Shown piece by piece: positions 1 through 7,945 of a stretch of 54,010 bases of DNA. A program made the position numbers and the translations under genes. The stretch spans positions 1 through 54,010 of the IMG/VR virus record IMGVR_UViG_3300036944_000329; one strand, given 5' to 3'. Origin of the DNA: a virus (taxonomy: Duplodnaviria; Caudoviricetes). The stretch's first letter is position 1; each line of letters opens with the position of its first letter. The notes below the pieces were generated by a model that was not told where the DNA came from, ran no database searches, and saw nothing but the letters and a program-made list of their open reading frames with translations.

Positions 1-1
1 C

Positions 2-1588
2 ACTGCCGGTAACTTTGACTCCACCACTGCTACAGGTTTCTTTGGTGAAATTCCTGCTACAGACCTTGTTGATGATTATGATTATCGTGGCACATGGTCA
101 GCATCTATCGCATACACTGCTGGTCAGAGTGTTGTTTACAATGATGTTAAGTATGTTGCCCTGACATCTACCACAGGAAATCAGCCAGATATTTCACCAA
201 CACAATGGGGCGTGGATACACGGGAGAATCTCCCAACAGGACGTTGGTTGTTTGAACACATGGGCTTTGGTCAAGGCGTGTTACAGTTTGCTGGGAATAC
301 AGCATCAGATGCGGGTTGGCTTAAATTCTATAGTCACGGTAAGGTGTTGTATGTAGCTAAGAAACCTTTTGCTCACTCTATTTCTTGGGATGCGATTGCC
401 TGTCGAGATGGTGTGTTCGGTGATAGGACAGTTCGCATAGGCACTAAGTTATATAAAGTGAGACTGTTGACTGGTGCTGCATCTGACCCGATTGATCTAA
501 CCAACATTGTGGCTACAGATAGCTGTACTCAGAATTATGGCGGTGGGTCTGAATACAATGAACTCATCTACCGTATTCATCAGACTGTTGTGACATGTGG
601 TTCTGATACATACGATGGTGGCCCACAGGTGGGTGCGAATTGGGCTAGTTATACAGATACAGATTTACAAGTTGGTGGAACTCTGACTGGACGTGCTAAG
701 TGGACACAAGAGACCACATCAAACAACACCTCCTTTCGTGTCTTTCGTGGCTATGATCGTCTTTCTAACTTGGGTTCGCACACGTCCTCGAATGGGTTTA
801 CCGACTACGGTTGGCTGCCTGTCTTAGAACTGATCTCTGATGGCGATGAGCCATATAATAGCGCCGTGTTGGGCGTAGGCCCAACCCAGCTTACATACGA
901 TTTCCATACCGATACGGGTTATTTCGGCACTGTATCCTCAGCCGAATTCATATCAGGAAGTGCTTTAGCCTCAAGTATTGGTCTAACATCTGGTACAGCA
1001 ATCAATGACACAACAGATTGGTTAAAGTTTTATTGGCACGGACAGATCCACTATGTCCCGATGAAACCTCTTCGTCACAGTGTTAGTTGGGATCATATAT
1101 ATGACAGAGGTGCTGTGTATGGTGTATCTTCGATGGGATTGTTTGGCAAAGTAACCGCAGCTCCGAGTGTTGTCCAGAATCGTGAAGTGACAATCGGGAC
1201 AGATACATTCCGAGTGAAGCTCTTGAAAGGTGCTGAGAACGGAGATGTTGACGGAAGTACAAGTTTCCCTGCTGCCGACGAATCTGGTAGAAACTCCGAA
1301 TACAACGACCTCATTTATCGTGTTCATCAGGATGTTCCATCAAGCGCATCTGGACTAACTTATGATGGCGGCGGTCAGATCGGGGATAATTGGGCAAGCT
1401 ATACTGATACAGATCTTGTTATAGCTGCTGGTGATGGTCGTTATAAATGGGCTATTGAAAGACGTTCTGATTCCACCTCCGGTCGTGTCTATCGGGGCTA
1501 TGTTCGTCTTTCTGGCTTGCATTCGCTCACGTCCTCGGGTGTGTCTACCGACTTCGGTTGGCTGCCTTCGCTTGTCTTAAAGCCGTAA
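2..1588 (+). CDS. Virion/tail-associated protein, putative DGR target with two tandem domains each ending in a variable repeat; 5'-partial
   Basis: The frame is open from position 2 (TAGNFDSTTATGFFGEIP...), so the GTG at 212 is not the true start. Two homologous domains (G[YF]FG...WLKFY..G...P..HS.SWD.I...G.[FY]G...VRLL.GA...SEYN.LIYR.HQ...R..RGY.RLS...GWLP.L.L). A CBM5/12-like segment WSASIAYTAGQSVVYNDVKYVAL...PTQW is inserted in domain 1. Confidence 0.85.
   Translation, partial: TAGNFDSTTATGFFGEIPATDLVDDYDYRGTWSASIAYTAGQSVVYNDVKYVALTSTTGNQPDISPTQWGVDTRENLPTGRWLFEHMGFGQGVLQFAGNTASDAGWLKFYSHGKVLYVAKKPFAHSISWDAIACRDGVFGDRTVRIGTKLYKVRLLTGAASDPIDLTNIVATDSCTQNYGGGSEYNELIYRIHQTVVTCGSDTYDGGPQVGANWASYTDTDLQVGGTLTGRAKWTQETTSNNTSFRVFRGYDRLSNLGSHTSSNGFTDYGWLPVLELISDGDEPYNSAVLGVGPTQLTYDFHTDTGYFGTVSSAEFISGSALASSIGLTSGTAINDTTDWLKFYWHGQIHYVPMKPLRHSVSWDHIYDRGAVYGVSSMGLFGKVTAAPSVVQNREVTIGTDTFRVKLLKGAENGDVDGSTSFPAADESGRNSEYNDLIYRVHQDVPSSASGLTYDGGGQIGDNWASYTDTDLVIAAGDGRYKWAIERRSDSTSGRVYRGYVRLSGLHSLTSSGVSTDFGWLPSLVLKP
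728..820 (+). repeat. DGR variable repeat VR1 (internal)
   Basis: 93 nt, aligning ungapped with 1475-1567. There are 15 mismatches, 14 at codon positions 1-2, mostly in NNC/NNT codons. Confidence 0.85.
868..885 (+). other. GC-rich hairpin downstream of VR1 (candidate DGR target-recognition hairpin)
   Basis: GTTGGGC-GTAG-GCCCAAC, a perfect 7-bp stem with a 4-nt loop inside the coding sequence, about 48 nt after VR1. Confidence 0.55.
1475..1567 (+). repeat. DGR variable repeat VR2 (C-terminal)
   Basis: Second copy of 728-820, located at the 3' end of the gene as is typical for DGR VRs. Confidence 0.85.
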
Positions 1589-1617
1589 GGCTGTCTCTTA
1601 ACACTAACATCTAATAT

Positions 1618-1657
1618 GTGCGCGTTTAATGGCGGGGCTTGTCCCCGTCTAGCGCAC
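1618..1657 (+). other. Stem-loop/cruciform downstream of VR2
   Basis: Outer stem GTGCGC(1618-23)/GCGCAC(1652-57) and inner CGGGG-CTTGT-CCCCG(1633-47). A small AGCC-GTAA-GGCT hairpin also lies at 1581-1592. Confidence 0.6.
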
Positions 1658-1669
1658 TAAGGAATAATT

Positions 1670-1990
1670 ATGGTTGCTGATGGATTACTAGTGTTCTCTA
1701 AAGCAGAATCATTGTTCTACAGAATCTATCCATCTTTGATTAACTATCCTCGTGGTGAGAAATACTCTACGGTGGCTGCCATCAAAGATAACTTCATAGG
1801 ATTTCTCACAAGAATAAACCAAGCCAACTCTGTTAAGTCAAAACGTATAATGTATCTACAAGAGGATATTACCAGATGGTCTACTTCCAAAACAACGAAG
1901 CACAATTCTACACAACAAAAGCTATATTCACTGATACAGGCCATCCTGTTGAGCAATATACAAATGATCGTCAATACTATGAAAGCCTAG
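1670..1990 (+). pseudogene. avd: Truncated DGR accessory variability determinant (Avd, four-helix bundle)
   Basis: The first ~65 aa (L.VF.K...L...IYP.L.NYP+.EKY.....IK......L..I..AN.VKSKR..YLQE) resemble the Avd family. At about 1864 the sequence runs into the RBS (AAGAGGA) and ATG 1876 of the next gene, and the rest of the ORF is out-of-frame read-through. Confidence 0.75.
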
Positions 1991-2547
1991 TAGGACAATG
2001 GGGCCATCTGTCCAACCTATCCTTCGAGGATGTCGTCCCAACACAATCTCAGCAAGCTCGTCTAGTAGAACTAAATAACCTAGAAGTTCCTAACAAAGAT
2101 CTCTGGCAAGGCACCTGTGCTACATTCGTTGAGCATGGTATTATCCTCCCAGATGATTCTAGCCCACTATCTTCACTAGAACCTTCCTACAGAGAATCTA
2201 CACTCAATTTCTTCCGTGAAGAACGTAGGCAGATTCTCAAGCAAGAACGTGATGAACGTATCTCTCTTCCAATCAATAATGTTCAAGTGGGACGTATTGA
2301 GGACAGAGAGAACGTGACAGGTACTATCTCGAATTGGGATATTCTTGGTCTGACAACATCAATCAAATGGGTGATGTCTGATAACACGCTACAAGATCTC
2401 TCTAAAGCTGATCTGGAGGCTGTTGTAATTGGATATACACAACGTAAGGCTCAGACATTCTCTGCTTACGAACAGGCTGTGATTGCTTTACAGCAAGCAT
2501 CTACGATTGAGGAGATTATGGGTGTAATGTTACCGGAGGCTGTATGA
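1876..2547 (+). CDS. Tail-fibre assembly-like protein (C-terminal DUF4376-like domain)
   Basis: Motifs LK.ERD..I, W.M.DN....LS..DL and L..A.T.EEI. RBS AAGAGGA. Tail context. Confidence 0.65.
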   Translation: MVYFQNNEAQFYTTKAIFTDTGHPVEQYTNDRQYYESLVGQWGHLSNLSFEDVVPTQSQQARLVELNNLEVPNKDLWQGTCATFVEHGIILPDDSSPLSSLEPSYRESTLNFFREERRQILKQERDERISLPINNVQVGRIEDRENVTGTISNWDILGLTTSIKWVMSDNTLQDLSKADLEAVVIGYTQRKAQTFSAYEQAVIALQQASTIEEIMGVMLPEAV

Positions 2548-3053
2548 GGAAGGTAGTGGCTACATTGTTCTTAGGATCTGTCCTAACCGGGTGCTCCTTA
2601 GACACAACTAATCGAACACTCTCTGTTATAACTTCTGCCACAAACATTGCTTACACATATGAGAATGGACAGGCTGTTAAATTCATCGACAATGCCCCTC
2701 TGACAGACCTTGAGATAACAATGGTGTTGGAGGCTTTTGATCAAATAGACCGTTCGAAGTCTGTCCTAAAACACTACCGAGACAATCCAGACAAACTCGT
2801 TCTGAACATACAAGATGTATCATTTCAATATGCTAAGATCAAATCAGCCTACCTAAGCATTCGAGAGATAGTCTTGTCTCACAAGGATGCTTACAACGCT
2901 CCAGAATGGGCTGTATTCAAAGAGTTTGATCAGAGTGCATCCGTATTAGACAAAGAGTTTAGACAGCTTGTGGAGGCTGTAGAGGCCAATACAGCACTTA
3001 CTACAGCTATACGTCTGGCTGATACCGCTATTAAGATAGGAGCTATGTTGTGA
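2544..3053 (+). CDS. Putative lipoprotein
   Basis: Lipobox-like LTGC after a hydrophobic N-terminus; overlapping start/stop with neighbours. Confidence 0.6.
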   Translation: MRKVVATLFLGSVLTGCSLDTTNRTLSVITSATNIAYTYENGQAVKFIDNAPLTDLEITMVLEAFDQIDRSKSVLKHYRDNPDKLVLNIQDVSFQYAKIKSAYLSIREIVLSHKDAYNAPEWAVFKEFDQSASVLDKEFRQLVEAVEANTALTTAIRLADTAIKIGAML

Positions 3054-3562
3054 TCCCGTTCGACAGATCAAAGGATCAGATACTTCAGCACGGAATATCT
3101 GTCAGGTACTATCATGGACAATCCACCGAGGACAAGATTGTACTTGTTCCTTGGGTGTTGTGGTCAGCACGATTTCAGATAAAGATAATCATACCTCGCT
3201 TCTTTATCTACGATGGAGCGTCAGTCCCGAAGTCTTTACGAAGTATCGTGTCCAAAGCTGGTCCTCTTGAGATAGCATCTTTACCGCATGATTTCGGCTA
3301 TACACTCCCCGCATATCATCCAGACGAAACGGTTCTCACCCGAGATGAATGGGACTTAATCCTCAAGGACTTCTGTGAGCTTGAAGGTATGTCTTGGAGG
3401 CGTAGGCAATATGTGTACCTAGCCGTGAGGTCTGCTGGATATTTTGCCTATAACAACAAAGACAAGGCTTTCTTCTGTCCAGATGAACACAAGGATTGGT
3501 ATATCCAAGAATATTCATATCTAAACATACCAAAAGAGAATGGTGATTATAAAATAATATAG
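3050..3562 (+). CDS. DUF1353-family protein
   Basis: Pattern F.YDGASVP...A..PHDF.Y...R.E.D.IL. Confidence 0.7.
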   Translation: MIPFDRSKDQILQHGISVRYYHGQSTEDKIVLVPWVLWSARFQIKIIIPRFFIYDGASVPKSLRSIVSKAGPLEIASLPHDFGYTLPAYHPDETVLTRDEWDLILKDFCELEGMSWRRRQYVYLAVRSAGYFAYNNKDKAFFCPDEHKDWYIQEYSYLNIPKENGDYKII

Positions 3563-3571
3563 GAGAAAGCC

Positions 3572-4510
3572 ATGTCTAATTCTAACATGGTGGAAGTGTA
3601 TGTGGCAGGACACGGGGGAGATGTCCTACCTGTCCCAATCACTTCCGAGAATATCACTGTAACGAAACAAATTGAATACAGGGAGAATATACGCTCAGAC
3701 AGGTGTGTCAATAAATGGTCTGAAGTATCCTACACATCCTCTGCCCAAATAGATTTCCACCTAACCCTCAACCACGATTGGTTGTTTGAACACGCTCTTG
3801 GTGGGGATTGGCAAAATGGCGCATATTCTTCCTCTCTACAGTATTCAAATGCAATCAAACCGCTTGTTATTGGAAAGCATTTATCTGATCTCGATCACTG
3901 GGAGGTGTGTACGGATGCTTACCTAGACACACTATCCCTAGACGTGTCATACGGGAATATTGTCAACGGTTCTGCTACGTTTGTTTCTAATGGACATTCG
4001 TTTGAGAATGAGTTTAGCTCTACGCCAACAATAGAACATCAACCAGTGATTACAAGCAAAGATGTTGGTGTGATTGAAGTGGAGGGATATGACACTGGTA
4101 TGTTTATCGAGAGTCTAGATATGGTGATTAGTAATTCATACCAGCAACGCACTCCTATTGGTAATAAATATGTGTCTGGGTGGACGCCAACTAAATTCAC
4201 AGTGACTGGGAATATGAGCATCTACCTGACACAAGAATCTCTGAGCTTGTATAGAGAAAATTTCGAGACCAAGACATTCTCACTACGTTGGTGGTTACAT
4301 GCTAATGACACTATCTACGAATTCTTCCTCCCTGAATGTGTGTTAGATATCACAACACCTGTCGCTGAAGGGTTGGATACAGATATGTTTGTCAATGTCT
4401 CGTATTTTGCAATCTACTCTGAGACATTTGGTGGCGTGATGCAGATAAACAAATGGCGGGATATGTCGCTAGTGGATATAGCAGCCAACTCTCTATGGCC
4501 AAAAGCATGA
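3572..4510 (+). CDS. Phage tail-tube-like protein
   Basis: Beta-rich, with ENIRSDR, L.ISN....R..IG and F.VTG.+S+Y motifs resembling siphovirus tail tube proteins. RBS AGGAG. Confidence 0.55.
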   Translation: MSNSNMVEVYVAGHGGDVLPVPITSENITVTKQIEYRENIRSDRCVNKWSEVSYTSSAQIDFHLTLNHDWLFEHALGGDWQNGAYSSSLQYSNAIKPLVIGKHLSDLDHWEVCTDAYLDTLSLDVSYGNIVNGSATFVSNGHSFENEFSSTPTIEHQPVITSKDVGVIEVEGYDTGMFIESLDMVISNSYQQRTPIGNKYVSGWTPTKFTVTGNMSIYLTQESLSLYRENFETKTFSLRWWLHANDTIYEFFLPECVLDITTPVAEGLDTDMFVNVSYFAIYSETFGGVMQINKWRDMSLVDIAANSLWPKA

Positions 4511-4520
4511 GGAATTATAG

Positions 4521-5969
4521 ATGACAACATATAACACAGGGAATCCTGTTGGGAGTGCTGACCCAAAAGATTTCTACGACAATGCTGAGAACTTAGACTT
4601 AGCTATAAACGGAACAGGGGATATGTGGTTAGACCGCCTTGGCGTGTCACGCAAAAGCATAGCTGGATATAACAAGGATATGCAAGATCGAGTAAATGAG
4701 GCTGCTGCTAGTGCTAGCAAGGCTTCTATATCTGAACAGAATGCTTTAGCCAGTGAGCAAGCAGCAGCCTTGTCTGAATTAAATGCTTCAGCTAGTGCAT
4801 CTGCTGCATTAACATCTGAACAGAATGCTTTAGCCAGTGAGCAAGCAGCAGCTCTGTCTGAATCAAATGCAACCACATCGGAGGCGAATGCCCTAGCTAG
4901 TGAACAATCCGCAGCCTCCTTGTACGATCAATTTGATGATCGCTATCTAGGTAGTAGGGCAGACAACCCCACTGTAGATAATGATGGTAATACTCTCCTT
5001 GAGGGCGCTCTTTATTGGAATTCTACAGCTAAAGTGATGCGTGTTTGGGATGGTGTCATCTGGAAAGATATTGTCATCCCCGATTATGGCACTGCTGCAC
5101 TGGTTAATACAGGCACAGCCTCCGGCGAGCTAATCGGCACAGATGAGGCGAACGACTACTACGGCCTGCAATACAAGCCGTCCGTTGCACCCACAATGTC
5201 ATCCGATTTCTGTGCTAACGAACACAAACTCTACGAGCAATACGGCCTTGAGCCTAAAACCATCTTGCAGCAATGGGATGTAGTGCGTAATTCAGAGGCT
5301 ACCTATTTCGATGCAAACGGTGTGCTGCAAACGGCTGGGATCAATGAGCCTCGGATTGATTATGATCCGGCTACGGGAGAATGTCGGGGGTTGTTGGTTG
5401 AGGGGCAGCGTACAAATATCCAGCTTTACTCAAGAATGCAACAAGGATGGGAATTTACGGGGTACGATGAAGTATATAATGCAGCGATAGCGCCCAACGG
5501 TGAGATGGAGGCGCTAGAGGTTTATTATAACGGCGTAACGGCTATTAATATACGTTCGTATACCGCACCTTCTTCTACCCAGATGGTTTTTTCTATTTTC
5601 TTTAAAAACAAAAACTATTCAAAGGATTTCGTTCGGTTCTTAGTTAGAAACAACACAAGCGGAACAAATTTTATACAAGGCAACTTCGACTTAACTGATA
5701 ATAGTTTTCCAGATGGATCTCCTTGGCGCTCTGAATCTGTAGGTGACGGTTGGTATAGAATTTGGTTCACGACACCAATCGACATGGTTACACAGGGCGA
5801 CATTTTGTATTTCTATCTGGGTGAAACAGGGAGTGATATTTTCTTGGGAGCTGGCTCTTATTATTTTTGGGGCTGTCAGGCAGAGAATGGTACAGAGCCT
5901 TCTAGTTTAATTTATACCGCAGCATCTGCCGTAACCCGCGTAGCCGACATCATCACCCCAACAGTATAA
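4521..5969 (+). CDS. Tail fibre/spike protein
   Basis: N-terminal anchor MTTYNTGNPVGSADPKDFYDNAENLD, Ala/Ser-rich stalk repeats, FDDRYLG...DNDG..L..GALYWN module, and a C-terminal PRIDY...GLLVE..RTN...TR.AD domain. Confidence 0.8.
   Translation: MTTYNTGNPVGSADPKDFYDNAENLDLAINGTGDMWLDRLGVSRKSIAGYNKDMQDRVNEAAASASKASISEQNALASEQAAALSELNASASASAALTSEQNALASEQAAALSESNATTSEANALASEQSAASLYDQFDDRYLGSRADNPTVDNDGNTLLEGALYWNSTAKVMRVWDGVIWKDIVIPDYGTAALVNTGTASGELIGTDEANDYYGLQYKPSVAPTMSSDFCANEHKLYEQYGLEPKTILQQWDVVRNSEATYFDANGVLQTAGINEPRIDYDPATGECRGLLVEGQRTNIQLYSRMQQGWEFTGYDEVYNAAIAPNGEMEALEVYYNGVTAINIRSYTAPSSTQMVFSIFFKNKNYSKDFVRFLVRNNTSGTNFIQGNFDLTDNSFPDGSPWRSESVGDGWYRIWFTTPIDMVTQGDILYFYLGETGSDIFLGAGSYYFWGCQAENGTEPSSLIYTAASAVTRVADIITPTV
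4730..4852 (+). repeat. Intragenic direct repeat (84-bp period) encoding SEQNALASEQAAALSE
   Basis: ATCTGAACAGAATGCTTTAGCCAGTGAGCAAGCAGCAGC is identical at 4730-4768 and 4814-4852. Confidence 0.9.
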
Positions 5970-5979
5970 GGAGCACACA

Positions 5980-6231
5980 ATGCAGATTAACGATCAAGGC
6001 ACCTTCTACGTTGAGGGTGAATATACAAACGGTGAAGTAATTATGTCGGCAGGATCGTTTGAAATCCTTGCTGACGCTGACGGGTATAAAAAATACTGCG
6101 TTGGTTATGACGCAACCACCACGCCAAATCCTTCAGGGCAGATAATCCAGCTCGAAAATGGCCGCCACCGTGATTTCCGGTATTACCCATACAAACTGTC
6201 CGCTGCTGAAATTACGGAGCTGACACGATGA
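5980..6231 (+). CDS. Small tail-fibre-associated protein (resembles a detached fibre C-terminus)
   Basis: Own RBS AGGAG. Ends ...RYYPYKLSAAEITELT, like fibre C-termini. Confidence 0.55.
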   Translation: MQINDQGTFYVEGEYTNGEVIMSAGSFEILADADGYKKYCVGYDATTTPNPSGQIIQLENGRHRDFRYYPYKLSAAEITELTR

Positions 6232-6503
6232 TCAATTTAGACATTATCGGCACTATGTACGATCTGGATACCACTGATCCAGATAACCCAGTCAGCACTC
6301 CAATTGCAGGCTATCACGTTAATACCGACCATCCGATTACTGGCGCTGAAGAATATATAGTGGTGCCCAATAGCCCAAGCAGGGTGTTTGCTGGAGCGGA
6401 TACACTGTTCTACAGCTTCCCGGATGAGGATACGTTCAAGGGTTTCTTCCCTGAATTGTATCCGCCTGAGTTGGAGGTTCTACCTGATGAAATTCAAGCG
6501 TAA
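6228..6503 (+). CDS. Small tail-fibre-associated protein
   Basis: LDIIG...GYHVN...V.P.SP.RVFAG pattern, typical of genes that follow such fibres. Confidence 0.6.
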   Translation: MINLDIIGTMYDLDTTDPDNPVSTPIAGYHVNTDHPITGAEEYIVVPNSPSRVFAGADTLFYSFPDEDTFKGFFPELYPPELEVLPDEIQA

Positions 6504-6819
6504 AACAATCCTCACACTAGCATGGGCGCTGCTTCTAGCGCCTGTGTTTGTGCTGCTTCTAGCTGGGTGCTCCGCGACAAAGGATCAATTCCCTGAGCGT
6601 AAACGTGACGCTATCTTTGCCGAGATATTTGTCGTTGACGAGATACCGAACGCCAAGTCTGATGTATTAGGCCAAGCTAAATGGTCGGGTAACAGATGTA
6701 CTGTCTACGTCCGCTCAGATATCTATCCGTATGCTATGACACATGAGCTAATGCACTGCTTCAGCGGCAATTGGCACGAGGGCAATAAGTCGGCAGAGTA
6801 TCAGCATATTGTGGACTAA
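6487..6819 (+). CDS. Putative lipoprotein with an HExxH motif
   Basis: Start MKFKRK at 6487 (RBS GGAGG), lipobox LAGC, and HELMH. Confidence 0.6.
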   Translation: MKFKRKTILTLAWALLLAPVFVLLLAGCSATKDQFPERKRDAIFAEIFVVDEIPNAKSDVLGQAKWSGNRCTVYVRSDIYPYAMTHELMHCFSGNWHEGNKSAEYQHIVD

Positions 6820-6830
6820 TAGGAGCCAAC

Positions 6831-7037
6831 ATGATCTCCCCAGAGCAATTCGATAAATGGCGTGTTGTGCCAAGACTTCTAACCGCACTCTACGGATGGA
6901 TATGTTATGACACACACATTTGGTTCCAGAATCTTCCTGCTCCAACGTCTGAGCAACAACTCTATGCCAATATCATCTGGGGAGCTGCTGCTGCTTGGTT
7001 TGGTCTATATGTAAACTCTGGCAACAGAAAGGAGTAG
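6831..7037 (+). CDS. Putative holin
   Basis: 68 aa with two hydrophobic segments, a D.WRV.PR motif and a charged C-terminus; lies upstream of the spanin-like pair. Confidence 0.6.
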   Translation: MISPEQFDKWRVVPRLLTALYGWICYDTHIWFQNLPAPTSEQQLYANIIWGAAAAWFGLYVNSGNRKE

Positions 7038-7040
7038 TAT

Positions 7041-7385
7041 ATGTGGCTAAAACATTGGAAGATGATTCTTGTTGGAATTACTCTTCTCGGATCATTCTAT
7101 GCCGGATATGTCTATAGTACATACCAACACCAATCAGATGCTATCTCCGACATGATTGATAGGCAAGATATTCTTCGGGAGTATATGTCTAGAGAATCTG
7201 AGATAGCAAGTATTGTAGAAGAACGCCTGTCTACACTATCTGCTAATGAGCGTGTGCTAGAACGTGAACGTGTACGTATTGTCGAGAAGCCTGTCTACAA
7301 CATATCCTGCATAGACGAGGAAGGACAGGCTCTAATTAAGCAATACGCTCTAGGGGCTTCTATAGAGGGTGTAGGAGATGAGTAA
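7041..7385 (+). CDS. Putative i-spanin (Rz-like)
   Basis: N-terminal TM helix, coiled coil, and C-terminal ..PVY...C. Confidence 0.7.
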   Translation: MWLKHWKMILVGITLLGSFYAGYVYSTYQHQSDAISDMIDRQDILREYMSRESEIASIVEERLSTLSANERVLERERVRIVEKPVYNISCIDEEGQALIKQYALGASIEGVGDE

Positions 7386-7626
7386 ATCTAGGCAATACGT
7401 TCTGTTGGGGATGTTATTAACATCCCTCACAGGATGTTCTGCTAAGCCTGAGGTGTCTCCGCAAGTGATGCAGCAAACACTCCTTATCAAATGTCCATCT
7501 ACACTACCATATGACTATGGAACAGAAGGATCTGACTGGATGCTGATGGCTAAGGAGTGGTCTAGCTTATACCACGAATGTGCAACAAGACACAATGGTT
7601 TGATTGATGTATTAAATTCAAAATAG
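7378..7626 (+). CDS. Putative o-spanin (Rz1-like lipoprotein)
   Basis: Lipobox LTGC and C-terminal CP..LP...Y.EC..RH..L; overlaps the i-spanin end. Confidence 0.75.
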   Translation: MSKSRQYVLLGMLLTSLTGCSAKPEVSPQVMQQTLLIKCPSTLPYDYGTEGSDWMLMAKEWSSLYHECATRHNGLIDVLNSK

Positions 7627-7635
7627 GAGGGGAAC

Positions 7636-7929
7636 GTGAGTGACGGGGATGATTTACACAGGAGGGTGTCTAAGTTAGAATCTCAACACGATAGATTGCT
7701 TGAATCAACTCAGCAATTAGTTGTGTCAACGAGACTCTTAACAGAAAACATCACACAGATGTCTGAGATAATCAAGGAGCTGAAAGCCCTTGAGCCAAGG
7801 ATTCGGCAAATGGAGATGGACGTGAATAATAACAAGCTGATGTCCCGTGCATTAGTTTGGCTAGGTACTACTGCCGGTAGTGCTGCTGTTATCATGCTCA
7901 TCACGTATCTAGCTAATCTAGGCCAATAG
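7636..7929 (+). CDS. Coiled-coil protein with a C-terminal TM helix
   Basis: GTG start with RBS AGGAGG; coiled coil followed by a hydrophobic tail. Confidence 0.6.
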   Translation: MSDGDDLHRRVSKLESQHDRLLESTQQLVVSTRLLTENITQMSEIIKELKALEPRIRQMEMDVNNNKLMSRALVWLGTTAGSAAVIMLITYLANLGQ

Positions 7930-7945
7930 GCCAAGGCAGGAGAAT

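Noticed and set aside
1670-1990. Intact 106-aa gene
   Set aside because: Avd-like sequence ends at about codon 65. The remainder overlaps the next gene by 115 nt out of frame and looks like read-through.
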